This document shows, in pieces, positions 28,916 to 38,783 of a stretch of 64,000 nt of DNA; position 1 is the first letter of the stretch, and each line of letters opens with the position of its first letter. The notes under the pieces were generated by a model. The model was given only the letters and a program-made list of their open reading frames with translations, did no database searches and was not told where the DNA came from. Position numbers and translations under genes: made by a program. This DNA is from a virus. The stretch spans positions 125,713 through 189,712 of the IMG/VR virus record IMGVR_UViG_3300020477_000014; one strand, written 5' to 3'.

Positions 28916-31900
28916 ATTTGTGGGGCTCCACGCACATTCAGTGGCAGGGTCGATTTTTGACGCCATCGGGTATCCACAGCAACATATGGATTTTGCATAT
29001 CAGAACGGATGCGAAGCGCTAGCTTTGACAGATCATGGAAACATGAATGGCTTAGCTTATCAAGTGCTTCATGCCAAAAAGATGCAAGAGGCTGGACAAA
29101 ACTTTAAACCAATATTTGGATGTGAAGCATATTTTATCCCGTCTCTTGAGGAATGGCGAGAGGAATACGCAAAAGCCAAAGAAGATAAGAAGCGCGCCCG
29201 GTCCTTATCTAAAGACAAGGCGTCCGGCGCCACCATGGAAGACGAAGGCGCCAGCAAAGCAACGCAAGACATTCTCCGTCGTCGTCGCCATTTGGTGTTA
29301 TTGGTTCAGAACCAAAAGGGGTTGACCAATTTATTCAAGCTAGTGTCCGAGAGCTACAAACCAGAGAATTACTATCGCTATCCACGAATGGACTATGCGC
29401 TCTTGGAAAAGTATAACGAGGGACTCATCGCAGCTAGCGCATGCTTGGGTGGAGTGTATGCGGGGAACTATTGGGAGAACCGAGAGAACGCAGCCGATGT
29501 GCTAGCAGCTATGGATGAAACATCTCAGAAGATGAAAAGTATCTTTGGGGATCGTTGGTATGCAGAAATCCAATGGAACAACGTACCGGAACAGCACGAA
29601 CTAAATCAATATGTGATTGAGACTGCAAAACGCAATGACATCAAGCTCATCTCAACAGCCGATAGCCACTATCCTAACCCGGACGCATGGAAAGACCGAG
29701 AGCTTTACAAGAGACTTGGTTGGCTCGGCAAAGGAAAGCCATCGTGGGCAGACGAAGAGAGCGAATTGCCCGATGGTGTTGATGAGATTGGCTATGAACT
29801 GTATCCGAAGAACGGCGACCAGATGTGGGATTCGTATCTTAAATACTCAGAAGAGTCAGACCACGAGTATGATGATGACGTGGTGCTGGAGAGCATTGAA
29901 GAAACCTATCGAATTGCTTTCGATCGTATCGAGAGTTTTCTTCCAGATAACACAGTCAGGCTTCCAAACTTTGTGGTACCAGCCGGCTACACCGCAACGC
30001 AGGCGTTGGTTCAATTCGCCCTGGAAGGACTTAAAGATAGAAACCTACAGAAGAACCAGGAGTACATAGATCGATTACGACATGAGCTAAACGTTATCGA
30101 TGACCGAGGGTTCTCCAAGTATTTCCTCACCATGAAGGCGATCGCTGACGTGGCTACCGATAAGATGTTGGCTGGTCCAGGTCGCGGGTCTGCGGCAGGG
30201 TCGTTGGTGGCTTATGTCCTAGGAATTACACAGGTTGATCCCATCAAGCATGGTCTGTTGTTTTCTCGCTTCTTACGATCAGATGCCACGGACTACCCGG
30301 ACATCGACTATGATGTTTCTGACTCCATGGATCTTAAAGAATCATTGGTGGAAATGTGGGGCAAGGATTGTGTCGCGCCCATATCTAATTGGAACACGCT
30401 TCAATTGAAATCTCTGATTAAGGACATTTCAAAGCTGTACGGCGTTCCTTTCACAGAGGCCAACACGGTCACTAACATTATGATCCGCGAAGCGCTTCCA
30501 GAAGCCAAACGCCGCCATGGCATCAAGGCTGGTGTGTATACTCCGACGTGGGAAGAGGTGATGGAATTCTCGCCCACACTTCAAAAGTATCTCGACAAAC
30601 ATCCCCACATCAAGACGCACGTTGAGGGGCTGGTTGGTCAGGTTCGATCGTGCTCTCGGCATGCCGGCGGCGTTGTCATCGCAGAGAACCTTGATGAGAG
30701 CATGCCTCTTATTAACTCCGGCGGGGTGCGACAAGCTCCATGGTCAGAGGGACAGAACGTCCGCCACCTAGAGCCCATGGGCTTCATCAAGTTTGACTTG
30801 TTGGGTCTTTCCACATTAAAGATGATGGAGGGCTGCATCGAACATGTCTTGCGTCGTCATCACGGAATCGAGAATCCAACGTTTGCCGAAGTTCGGAAGT
30901 ATTACGACGAAAACCTTCATCCCGACATCATGAACATGAACGATCAAGAGGTGTATGAGAACATATTCCACAGCGGCAAATGGGCTGGCGTCTTCCAATT
31001 CACAGAGGACGGAGCACAGAAGTTTTGCACGAGAGTAAAACCTAAGAACATCATCGACCTTTCAGCCATCACATCAATTTATCGCCCGGGACCGTTGGCG
31101 GCAGATGTACATGAAGAATATGTAGAAGCCAAAGAGCATCCACATAGAGTCTCTTATCTGTCTGATGAAGTGTGCGAACTCACACAAGAGACGTTCGGCT
31201 TTCTGATCTTCCAAGAGCAGATTGCTCTGCTGGCTCACCGGCTCGGAGGCTTAACTTTGGATGAGGGAAACCTGTTACGCAAAGTACTCACCAAGAAAGG
31301 AACAGGCAAAGACAACATCAAAGAGAAGCTTCGGCAGAAGTTTATCAAAGGTTGTGCTAGCAAGAAGATCACCAAAACAGACGCACAGAATTTGTGGGAT
31401 AAGTTTGAATACTTCTCTGGCTATGGGTTTAACAAATCCCATGCTGTTTCGTATTCTATCATCTCGTTCCAATGTGCGTGGTTATGGAACTACTACCCAG
31501 TAGAATGGATGGCAGCGTTCTTGGACAAGGAGCCCGAGAGCAGAAAAGAGAAAGCCATTAACATCGCCAAAAAGTATGGCTTCAAAATCGCACCGCTAGA
31601 CATTAACAAGTCAGGTGTTGTTTGGGAAATTAGCGATGATGGCAAGACTTTGATCCAACCTCTTACTTCCATTAAAGGGTTCGGTCATGCAGCTATCGAG
31701 CAAGTCTTGAATCATCGCCCCTTTATGAACGCGGAAGATCTTTTGTTTCGCGAAGAAGTGGTATACGGAAAGTTAAATAAGAAATGTTTAGATGCGTTGT
31801 GTCGTGCTGGTGCCTTGGACCTTCTTATGGACGATCGATTTACTGGCCGTAAGCATTTTTGGTCTGCATGTGTGGTTGAGCGTCCTAAAAATTTAAAGAA

Positions 31901-32318
31901 ACTTACGGAAAATATAGAACTATACCGACCGGAAGGAGATTTTACCGAAGAAGAGATTATCCAATTTAAAACTGACTTAACGGGGGTTTTTCCAATAAAC
32001 TTGGTTATCAGCCCGGAGACAGTTCAGCGTCTTCAAGAAAAGTATATCCCTCCTATTTCTGAGTTCGATCCAGATTTACAGGTATGCTGGTTTATTCCGC
32101 GCAAGATTGTTCCAAGAAAAACAAAAAATGGAAAGCTTTATTGGATTGTTGAGACTATTGACACCAACAATGAACTAACTAAGATTAGGTGCTGGGGCGT
32201 TAAGCCGGAGAAGGATAAGATCTTTTTGAACCGACCTTATATGGCTCGTTTGAAGTATGATCAAAATTGGGGATTTTCTACATATGCAATTGGCAAGACA
32301 TTTAAATTGCTGGGGTGA
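28896..32318 (+). CDS. dnaE: DNA polymerase III alpha subunit (family C)
   Basis: PHP domain (LHAHS, ALTDHG, DSHY), GPGRGSAAGS, PDIDYD, HAGG, KFDLLGL, YGFNKSH; RBS AGGAGG before the ATG at 28896. Confidence 0.97.
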   Translation: MKKSKIKFVGLHAHSVAGSIFDAIGYPQQHMDFAYQNGCEALALTDHGNMNGLAYQVLHAKKMQEAGQNFKPIFGCEAYFIPSLEEWREEYAKAKEDKKRARSLSKDKASGATMEDEGASKATQDILRRRRHLVLLVQNQKGLTNLFKLVSESYKPENYYRYPRMDYALLEKYNEGLIAASACLGGVYAGNYWENRENAADVLAAMDETSQKMKSIFGDRWYAEIQWNNVPEQHELNQYVIETAKRNDIKLISTADSHYPNPDAWKDRELYKRLGWLGKGKPSWADEESELPDGVDEIGYELYPKNGDQMWDSYLKYSEESDHEYDDDVVLESIEETYRIAFDRIESFLPDNTVRLPNFVVPAGYTATQALVQFALEGLKDRNLQKNQEYIDRLRHELNVIDDRGFSKYFLTMKAIADVATDKMLAGPGRGSAAGSLVAYVLGITQVDPIKHGLLFSRFLRSDATDYPDIDYDVSDSMDLKESLVEMWGKDCVAPISNWNTLQLKSLIKDISKLYGVPFTEANTVTNIMIREALPEAKRRHGIKAGVYTPTWEEVMEFSPTLQKYLDKHPHIKTHVEGLVGQVRSCSRHAGGVVIAENLDESMPLINSGGVRQAPWSEGQNVRHLEPMGFIKFDLLGLSTLKMMEGCIEHVLRRHHGIENPTFAEVRKYYDENLHPDIMNMNDQEVYENIFHSGKWAGVFQFTEDGAQKFCTRVKPKNIIDLSAITSIYRPGPLAADVHEEYVEAKEHPHRVSYLSDEVCELTQETFGFLIFQEQIALLAHRLGGLTLDEGNLLRKVLTKKGTGKDNIKEKLRQKFIKGCASKKITKTDAQNLWDKFEYFSGYGFNKSHAVSYSIISFQCAWLWNYYPVEWMAAFLDKEPESRKEKAINIAKKYGFKIAPLDINKSGVVWEISDDGKTLIQPLTSIKGFGHAAIEQVLNHRPFMNAEDLLFREEVVYGKLNKKCLDALCRAGALDLLMDDRFTGRKHFWSACVVERPKNLKKLTENIELYRPEGDFTEEEIIQFKTDLTGVFPINLVISPETVQRLQEKYIPPISEFDPDLQVCWFIPRKIVPRKTKNGKLYWIVETIDTNNELTKIRCWGVKPEKDKIFLNRPYMARLKYDQNWGFSTYAIGKTFKLLG

Positions 32319-32324
32319 TGGTGT

Positions 32325-33047
32325 GTGAGTGTTTCTAATAAATTGAAATGGATGCGCTTATTAGATGAATATCGACATGTTCACACCCAGCTACACTATA
32401 CTAAGGAAATGTGTAAAGAGGCGGCTCCCCTCTTCCAGAGTCATTATGAAGAGTTTTGCCGTCGCCACGGAATTGATCTTAATAAACTTAACGAACAAAA
32501 CCGTCGACGAATTCAGGAAGTTTATGGACTTAAGACAGGCGAAAGCGAACCAACTCCGACAGTCAAAAAAATCGATTTCGTCCTTCCTCCGTCTCCGGGC
32601 GCTTTAGTAGTTTTTAGTGGTGACCGAACTCAAGACTCGCCGGCGTCTTCTGCGGAGTTTTCGAAAGAAGAAAAGCACATTCATGATATTTTCTCGCGAC
32701 TCTTTAAAAAGATCGCGTCTCACATTCACCCCGATAAGTTCCCGTCCGATATGGCAAAAAATGAACAAAAACGCTTGATAAATTTATTTCATCAAGTTAA
32801 ATTAGCATTAGAAGAAAGGAGGTATTTTGTGTTAATAGATGCCGCAGAGGAAATGAAGATCTCTCTTCCTAAAAACTATGCTCAGCAAAACAAGTGGTTA
32901 AAAGAGCAAATTAGGATTACACGCACCGAACAACAAGAGGAACAAAGAACGTATAATTATTTATTTTCGGAAGCAGAGACAGACAAAGAAAAAGACAACA
33001 TTATAAGATCATTCATGTATCAACTGTTTAATTTGGTTATACCATAG
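32325..33047 (+). CDS. J-domain (DnaJ-like) protein
   Basis: FKKIASHIHPDK with HPD motif in helical context. Confidence 0.7.
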   Translation: MSVSNKLKWMRLLDEYRHVHTQLHYTKEMCKEAAPLFQSHYEEFCRRHGIDLNKLNEQNRRRIQEVYGLKTGESEPTPTVKKIDFVLPPSPGALVVFSGDRTQDSPASSAEFSKEEKHIHDIFSRLFKKIASHIHPDKFPSDMAKNEQKRLINLFHQVKLALEERRYFVLIDAAEEMKISLPKNYAQQNKWLKEQIRITRTEQQEEQRTYNYLFSEAETDKEKDNIIRSFMYQLFNLVIP

Positions 33048-33056
33048 GAGGTAATT

Positions 33057-34040
33057 GTGATTACGGATATCGTTATAGGTCTTCAACATGGAGACGAAGG
33101 AAAAGGAAAAGTAACTCATCATCTTTTAAAAAAGGGAGAATATACTCATTGTATTAGGTTCAATGGAAGCTGTAATGCAGGTCACACGATCTACCATGAA
33201 GGTAAAAGATTTGTCACTCATCATATTCCCGCGGGGGTTTTCTTTGGAGTAAAGTCTATTGTTGGTCCTGGTTGTGTTTTGAATATAGATAAGTTTTTTG
33301 AAGAGCTTCAGTATTTAAAATCTGAAGGCATCGATACAGAAAATCTAGTGAAGGTAGCCAGCAATACTCACATAATTAGACAGTCGCATATTGACGAGGA
33401 TAGTCGGGAATATAAAATAGGCACCACTAAGTCGGGCAACGGACCTGCTTATCGCGATAAATATGGGCGCCATGGCTTGCGCGCAGAAAGTGTTGAGGCT
33501 CTAAGTCCGTTTATAATTGATATAATAGAAGAGTTGTATTCGCATGACGATCCTGTGATACTGATGGAGGGCGCCCAAGGCTTTTCTTTGGATATTGATT
33601 GGGGCGATTATCCATTTGTTACTTCAAGCCACACGGGAACAGCGGGTGCCATTCTTAATGGAATCGATCCGAGATCAATAAGGGACGTTTGGGGGGTAGC
33701 CAAGGTATATGAAACCTATGTAGGCAACAGAGTGTTTCAGCCTGATAGTCCCTTGTTCAATGATATTCAACGCGTGGGTAAAGAAGTTGGCGCCACCACC
33801 GGGCGCCCGAGACAATGCAACTGGCTGGACTGTGGGCAATTGCAGACTGCCATTAAAATAAATGGCGTCAATAACTTAGTTATTAATAAAATGGACATAT
33901 TGCGTGAGATAGGCGTGTGGGGAGTTAGAAACCCTTATTTAGTCTTAGGATCGGAAGAAGAAATGATGAAAATGATTCATAGTTGTTGTCCTCCGAGCGT
34001 CACGAGTATTTTTTATTCAGATTCTCCAGAATTTATTTGA
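33057..34040 (+). CDS. purA: Adenylosuccinate synthetase (short form)
   Basis: GLQHGDEGKGK, NAGHT, IGTTKSGNGP.Y, EGAQG, YPFVTSS, GATTGRPR, INKMD. Confidence 0.95.
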   Translation: MITDIVIGLQHGDEGKGKVTHHLLKKGEYTHCIRFNGSCNAGHTIYHEGKRFVTHHIPAGVFFGVKSIVGPGCVLNIDKFFEELQYLKSEGIDTENLVKVASNTHIIRQSHIDEDSREYKIGTTKSGNGPAYRDKYGRHGLRAESVEALSPFIIDIIEELYSHDDPVILMEGAQGFSLDIDWGDYPFVTSSHTGTAGAILNGIDPRSIRDVWGVAKVYETYVGNRVFQPDSPLFNDIQRVGKEVGATTGRPRQCNWLDCGQLQTAIKINGVNNLVINKMDILREIGVWGVRNPYLVLGSEEEMMKMIHSCCPPSVTSIFYSDSPEFI

Positions 34041-34065
34041 CAACCTTAGATTTTTATGTTATATT
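34037..34065 (+). promoter_or_regulatory. Sigma70-type promoter
   Basis: TTGACA-17-TATATT. Confidence 0.75.
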
Positions 34066-34090
34066 ATATATGAACCAACAGGAGGGTTTA

Positions 34091-34345
34091 ATGGCCAAGA
34101 GCTACCAAGAAAAAAAGAAATTTGTGAAAGAATATATTCGTTCACTGAACGCCATCGAAGAAGCGATGGAACCATTTAAAGAACAAAAACGAGACTTACG
34201 TGCGGAATTCCGAGAGAACGGCTGGCTGAGCACAGATGAACTTCGCTCAGCAGTCAAAGCGTATCGTCTCTATAAGGGCAAACATGATATTGATGAAATC
34301 GTAGACAGTTTCAATATTTTGTTTGGAGGAAAAGAAAATGAATGA
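34091..34345 (+). CDS. GapR/DUF2312- or T4 DsbA-like small dsDNA-binding protein
   Basis: 84 aa, helical: YIRSLNAIEE..EPFKEQKRDLRAEF..G...LRSAVKAYRL. Confidence 0.55.
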   Translation: MAKSYQEKKKFVKEYIRSLNAIEEAMEPFKEQKRDLRAEFRENGWLSTDELRSAVKAYRLYKGKHDIDEIVDSFNILFGGKENE

Positions 34346-35150
34346 TAATTGTAATTACTGCGGCGCGGATCTCCCGAAATCCAAAGCCGATATAGAAAGA
34401 GAAGCCGTTCGTCGGATGGGCGTCAAAGGTCCATCTACGATGTATTGGGAAGATGAATGTGTATGGAACGGGGATCATGCCGAACCCAATAAACAACAGG
34501 CACGGAAACGCTGTAATATAACCGCCGATTTCTTTCGCGACATTGATGCGGGGAAAGAAGTGTGGTTTCGCAACAACTTGAACGGGCGTGTAGCTCGAGC
34601 AGTTAAGGTTGGGCGCTCTGCATCACATGCTGATTGGAAAGCTTACCGTAACGGAACCACAAAGAATCTTGAATCTACGGGAGAACCTCATGGTATTCAT
34701 GATGATAGCGGCATAGCAGGGTATATAAGCCACCACGATTTTCAATATTTGGAAGTTATTCAAATGGGAGATCATATTACTAGCGCCGCTATGCGGGGCT
34801 TTGGGCTCGGGTGTGGTCCGGTTGCTATTTCTGGCCATGCGTTGCAGCAAATGGTCAAGAGAGGGATCACTCAATCCGATGTGGTACGCGCATGTATTCA
34901 CGGAGAGGTTATTCAAGAAGAAGGCACTGACCACCGATTGATGAAAGAGCATACCTTTAGCTACCAACGCAACCATGATTGGAACAAGGCGGCAGCTAAG
35001 TATCACAGAGAACTACATGCGACTGAATACAAGCTTCGCGTGGTAATCAAAAAGAACTACAAGGCTCATTGCTGCGAAGTTATCACTGCATACTGGAGAG
35101 GTATAAACCCTTCAGATCCCTTCCCATTTTTAATAGGAGACAAAAAATGA
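34338..35150 (+). CDS. Hypothetical protein with C-terminal DUF4258-like domain
   Basis: SGHALQQMVKRGITQSDV..CI.GEVI; N-terminal CNYC. Confidence 0.55.
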   Translation: MNDNCNYCGADLPKSKADIEREAVRRMGVKGPSTMYWEDECVWNGDHAEPNKQQARKRCNITADFFRDIDAGKEVWFRNNLNGRVARAVKVGRSASHADWKAYRNGTTKNLESTGEPHGIHDDSGIAGYISHHDFQYLEVIQMGDHITSAAMRGFGLGCGPVAISGHALQQMVKRGITQSDVVRACIHGEVIQEEGTDHRLMKEHTFSYQRNHDWNKAAAKYHRELHATEYKLRVVIKKNYKAHCCEVITAYWRGINPSDPFPFLIGDKK

Positions 35151-35422
35151 AAATGGTTTATTTAGACAATATTAGAGGCACCAGAGTCTGGTTTAATGCC
35201 GATCAAATAAGGAAAATGAATAGCGAGCGTTGTTCAGAGACAGGAAAGATTGAAACTAGTATTGAGTTTGGACATGGGCTAAGCAATATCATAGTTTACG
35301 GTAACATTCCATCTGTTATCCGCGAAATCGAGGAACAAATTGAGTTCCCCAAGCGCGCTGATTCGTATGGTCTAAGCGGACCTATGTATGCCTCAGTTGA
35401 GTTTGAACAGTACGAGGTATAG
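35147..35422 (+). CDS. Hypothetical protein
   Basis: Coupled ORF with RBS AGGAG. Confidence 0.6.
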   Translation: MKMVYLDNIRGTRVWFNADQIRKMNSERCSETGKIETSIEFGHGLSNIIVYGNIPSVIREIEEQIEFPKRADSYGLSGPMYASVEFEQYEV

Positions 35423-35428
35423 GAGAGA

Positions 35429-35953
35429 ATGATCTTGGAATATGCTAAAGTACGAGAGGATGTGATTACGCCCGTAAGGGCGAATCCATCCGACGCAGGG
35501 CTGGACGTGTTCTTTTGTCCAGACCCTGAGACATGGGATGATGATCGGGGAGTCTGGCTAAAGTCAGGCGAGACAGCCATTTTCCCGACAGGTCTTAAGT
35601 TTGCCGTCCCGCATGGGTACATGCTTGAAGTTAAGAACAGGTCAGGCAATGCTTCGAAGAAATCGCTGATGGTCGGAGCATGTGTTATTGACTCCGGCTA
35701 TGAGGGAGAGGTGTTTGTTAACTTGCACAATGTAGGTAATACTCCCCAGCACATTAACCCTGGCATGAAAATTGCACAGCTAGTTTTAATACCGGTTGTG
35801 CATTTTCGTCCTATGTTGACGGGCGAGGAAAAGCTTTATGAACACCCCACAACTATTAGCCAGCGCGGCGCGGGTTCGTTAGGGTCGACAGACAAGACAG
35901 TGAACAAAATTGATTACAAGAAATTTATAAAATATGAGGTGAAAGGTGGATAG
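35429..35953 (+). CDS. dut: Trimeric dUTPase
   Basis: DAGLD, NRSG, VIDSGYEGE, KIAQLV, RGAGSLGST. Confidence 0.95.
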   Translation: MILEYAKVREDVITPVRANPSDAGLDVFFCPDPETWDDDRGVWLKSGETAIFPTGLKFAVPHGYMLEVKNRSGNASKKSLMVGACVIDSGYEGEVFVNLHNVGNTPQHINPGMKIAQLVLIPVVHFRPMLTGEEKLYEHPTTISQRGAGSLGSTDKTVNKIDYKKFIKYEVKGG

Positions 35954-36104
35954 TATAATTGAATTTGCAAAAGAAACATATGTGTTATCAGTCGCATGCG
36001 GCGCAATTGCGTTAGCGATTACTGTGATCGGCGGGGTTGTCTTGCTTAAAGGTTTGCAGGCAATGTTAACTGAAGATGGAGAGGCAACCGATGACGATGG
36101 ATAA
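35946..36104 (+). CDS. Small membrane protein (52 aa; not in the ORF track)
   Basis: GTG start; hydrophobic VLSVACGAIALAITVIGGVVLL; fills the gap between dut and the MTase. Confidence 0.55.
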   Translation: MDSIIEFAKETYVLSVACGAIALAITVIGGVVLLKGLQAMLTEDGEATDDDG

Positions 36105-36573
36105 AGAGCAACTACAGGCGATGTTTAGTTCGAAGAGTGGCGAATGGGCAACTCCCCAAGAATTTTTTAACAAACTAAATTGGAGGTTTGGCCCTTTTGA
36201 TCTGGATCCGTGTGCCACTCCTTCTACTGCCAAGTGCGCCAATTTCTATACTGAAATGGAAAATGGACTCAACAAAGAATGGAAAGATCATTGTTCTTTT
36301 GTTAACCCTCCTTATGGTAGAGAGATTGCCAAGTGGGTGAAAAAGGGATTCGATGAGAGTCGAACAAAAAACACAAAAGTTGTGATGTTGATTCCCGCCA
36401 GAACTGACACAAAATATTGGCATGACTATGTAATGAAGGCGCAAGAAATATATTTTGTTCGCGGACGGTTGAAATTTGGAGATAGCGAGAATAGCGCACC
36501 TTTCCCTTCAGCCGTGATAGTGTTCGAGAGTGACCAAGCCCGTCCTCAAATTGTGGGAGTTATAAATCGATGA
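36097..36573 (+). CDS. Phage N6-adenine DNA methyltransferase
   Basis: EWATPQEFF, FDLDPCA, VNPPY, VMLIPARTDT..WHD, GRLKF, SAPFPS. Confidence 0.9.
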   Translation: MDKEQLQAMFSSKSGEWATPQEFFNKLNWRFGPFDLDPCATPSTAKCANFYTEMENGLNKEWKDHCSFVNPPYGREIAKWVKKGFDESRTKNTKVVMLIPARTDTKYWHDYVMKAQEIYFVRGRLKFGDSENSAPFPSAVIVFESDQARPQIVGVINR

Positions 36574-36878
36574 ATCGCAAACAAAGGCGAGCATTGGACA
36601 AAAACAATCGAAGCACTTGCGCCGAAAATTTCTCCGATAAAATTTCTCAGTTTAACAAGCTACCCGAACAATGCTCAACATGCGAAAAAGAGTTTGACCG
36701 CAAAAATCGAGAAATGCTACAATCCTGGAACGTAGTAGTGAGACAAGAAGTGGTGCGGCTATTTTGTCCTCAGTGCATGGACAAAGCAAAACAAATACTA
36801 AAAAAACACGGAGGTAAAGATGGAAGTAGAGCGTCTATCATTCAACGCACTGAAAAAGATACTCAAGGGGCAACTTAG
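36570..36878 (+). CDS. Hypothetical protein with CxxC...CxxC zinc ribbon
   Basis: CSTC and CPQC; N-terminal MNRKQRR. Confidence 0.6.
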   Translation: MNRKQRRALDKNNRSTCAENFSDKISQFNKLPEQCSTCEKEFDRKNREMLQSWNVVVRQEVVRLFCPQCMDKAKQILKKHGGKDGSRASIIQRTEKDTQGAT

Positions 36879-37188
36879 AGAAAAGGCAACTTGCGTTATA
36901 AAATTTTATTCGCGTGATTGTCATTACTGCCATGCCCTGAAAGAATATTATGACGAGATAGCGGAAAAATATGAAAATATCCACTTCTTTGCTTTTAACA
37001 CACAAGATGATTCCGATTTAGATAATTATATAAAGATTAATGGAGTGCCCACGCTAGCGTTAGTATATTATAACGGACTCCACCCGCCACGCGTACACGT
37101 GATAGAGGACCCTTCCCACCCAAACGAACATACGTGGTATCGTTCTAAGGACATTATTAATTTTATTGAGAGGTATAAAAATGGATAG
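36820..37188 (+). CDS. Thioredoxin-like protein
   Basis: KFYSRDCHYC (CxxC), INGVPT. Confidence 0.8.
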   Translation: MEVERLSFNALKKILKGQLREKATCVIKFYSRDCHYCHALKEYYDEIAEKYENIHFFAFNTQDDSDLDNYIKINGVPTLALVYYNGLHPPRVHVIEDPSHPNEHTWYRSKDIINFIERYKNG

Positions 37189-37540
37189 AAATATAAAATT
37201 GCTAGAGGCGGCAATGCTTCAACTTAAAGGCAAGTCGGTGGAACATTTGGCGGCTGTCGAAATGTTGGTGGACAAAGGTCGACCAAGTGTAGATTCCGCT
37301 AATTATGTGGAAGAGATTTTAGCTCACATGCGCGAAGTGATGATTTGTGAAAATACTCTGGCAGCCGTACAAATGTACTTTCCCCCCAATACGCCACAGG
37401 CAACCCCTCCGGTTATGGATGCGGAAAAACCGCCGGCTGCTCCCCATGGATTTGAAAAGTTGGAAGAAGCTATGGAAGAAATAGCCAAAGAAAAAAAGTC
37501 CCCAAAGACCTCGAGGTCCCGCACTAGAAAAAAGCCTTAG
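37181..37540 (+). CDS. Hypothetical protein
   Basis: RBS GAGAGG; coupled ORF. Confidence 0.6.
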   Translation: MDRNIKLLEAAMLQLKGKSVEHLAAVEMLVDKGRPSVDSANYVEEILAHMREVMICENTLAAVQMYFPPNTPQATPPVMDAEKPPAAPHGFEKLEEAMEEIAKEKKSPKTSRSRTRKKP

Positions 37541-37643
37541 ACCATGACTATCTAAAGGTAGCTAGTCATACCTACAAACAATCTTTAAAGGCGGCAGAAA
37601 TTCGGCGACAACTCAAAAGCAAAAACCCCCCAAAGAGTGACGA

Positions 37644-37973
37644 ATGACAGACAACGATCCCTCTTACGGAAAAATGACCAAACGAGTGGTCTTTACTGTT
37701 AACGACCATGTGCATGCGAAATTTTTAGTGAAGTTGAAATACGCAGGCTTTAAACAATCTCAGTTTTTTCGTTTGATTATGGATGCATACATTGACGAGG
37801 ATGATAACTTCTTAGCATTTATCGACAAGATAAAACCACAATCTCAGAAGCACAAAAACAAGTCCAAAAAGCTACGATTGGCAGGGACAAAGATAGCGAA
37901 TGATATGGGGTTAAACGAGGGGGAAATCGAGAATATCTTTGATATATTGGAACAAGAATTCCCCGATCTTTAA
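37644..37973 (+). CDS. Putative ribbon-helix-helix DNA-binding protein
   Basis: KRVVFTV beta strand followed by two helices (SQFFRLIMDAYI). Confidence 0.45.
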   Translation: MTDNDPSYGKMTKRVVFTVNDHVHAKFLVKLKYAGFKQSQFFRLIMDAYIDEDDNFLAFIDKIKPQSQKHKNKSKKLRLAGTKIANDMGLNEGEIENIFDILEQEFPDL

Positions 37974-38060
37974 AAAACAGCCGAAGTTTAAGCGTTAACA
38001 AAAAAAATATACTATTTATAAACAGTTTGTAAAATTTTACATTTTCAAGGAGAACACATA

Positions 38061-38780
38061 ATGTCCAAACGCAAGCCACTTTTAACCGAATCTGAACTTC
38101 GTAGATTCATGAAACTTGCTACTATAGCACCAGTTACCCCCGAGAGGTTAACCGAAATGGATTATCCAGGAGCGCGCGACGAAGAGGAAGAATTGGATTC
38201 TGAACTTCACGCTACCGAAGATGAACTCGGAGCAGAAGACCACGAAGCCGATATGGAAGCTGATGAATTAGCCGCTGATGATGCTGCTTTGGATGATGGG
38301 CCCATGGAAGGAGGCGAAGAAGATCTTGTAGTGAGTCTACTTCAAGCAATTCAAGGATGGGCTGAAGAACACGGTGTAGATATGGACCTCGAAGGAGGTG
38401 AGGAAGAGGTAGCCATTGATGACCTGGGTGGTGACGAACTTGAAATTGATGCTGAGCTTCCTATGGATGGAGGCGAAGAAGAGCTTGAAATGGACGCAGA
38501 AGTAGAAGAGCCTATGATGGAAACTGGCGCCAAAGATACCGGCGCATCTAAGGACGATGAGGGAAAAGACCCCGAAGACCCCGAAGATAGAGATTACACA
38601 GATGGCGGCATGCGCAAAGGCGATAAATCGAAAACGCACCCTGGAAGAACGGATTTTAATGAAGCAAAAGTGGTCGAAACTGTAGCCAAGCGTGTTGTCG
38701 CAAGACTTAAAGCTGAAAACAATAAAGAAAAGATGGTTGATCAGCTAGCCGAACGCATTATGAAGCGCCTTACAAAATAA
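38061..38780 (+). CDS. Highly acidic protein, possibly head core/scaffold-associated
   Basis: D/E-rich core, N-terminal LLTES motif, basic helical C-terminus. Confidence 0.5.
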   Translation: MSKRKPLLTESELRRFMKLATIAPVTPERLTEMDYPGARDEEEELDSELHATEDELGAEDHEADMEADELAADDAALDDGPMEGGEEDLVVSLLQAIQGWAEEHGVDMDLEGGEEEVAIDDLGGDELEIDAELPMDGGEEELEMDAEVEEPMMETGAKDTGASKDDEGKDPEDPEDRDYTDGGMRKGDKSKTHPGRTDFNEAKVVETVAKRVVARLKAENNKEKMVDQLAERIMKRLTK

Positions 38781-38783
38781 TAC

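Noticed and set aside
23156-32318. Inteins or introns in nrdJ, dnaE, dnaB or recA
   Set aside because: Lengths are near normal and no C/S...HN splice motifs or frame breaks are seen. The short charged insert in the DnaE PHP domain is too small.
37974-38060. AT-rich gap with a short palindrome (GTAAAATTTTAC) as a possible replication origin
   Set aside because: No iterons or other supporting structure; consistent with an ordinary promoter region.
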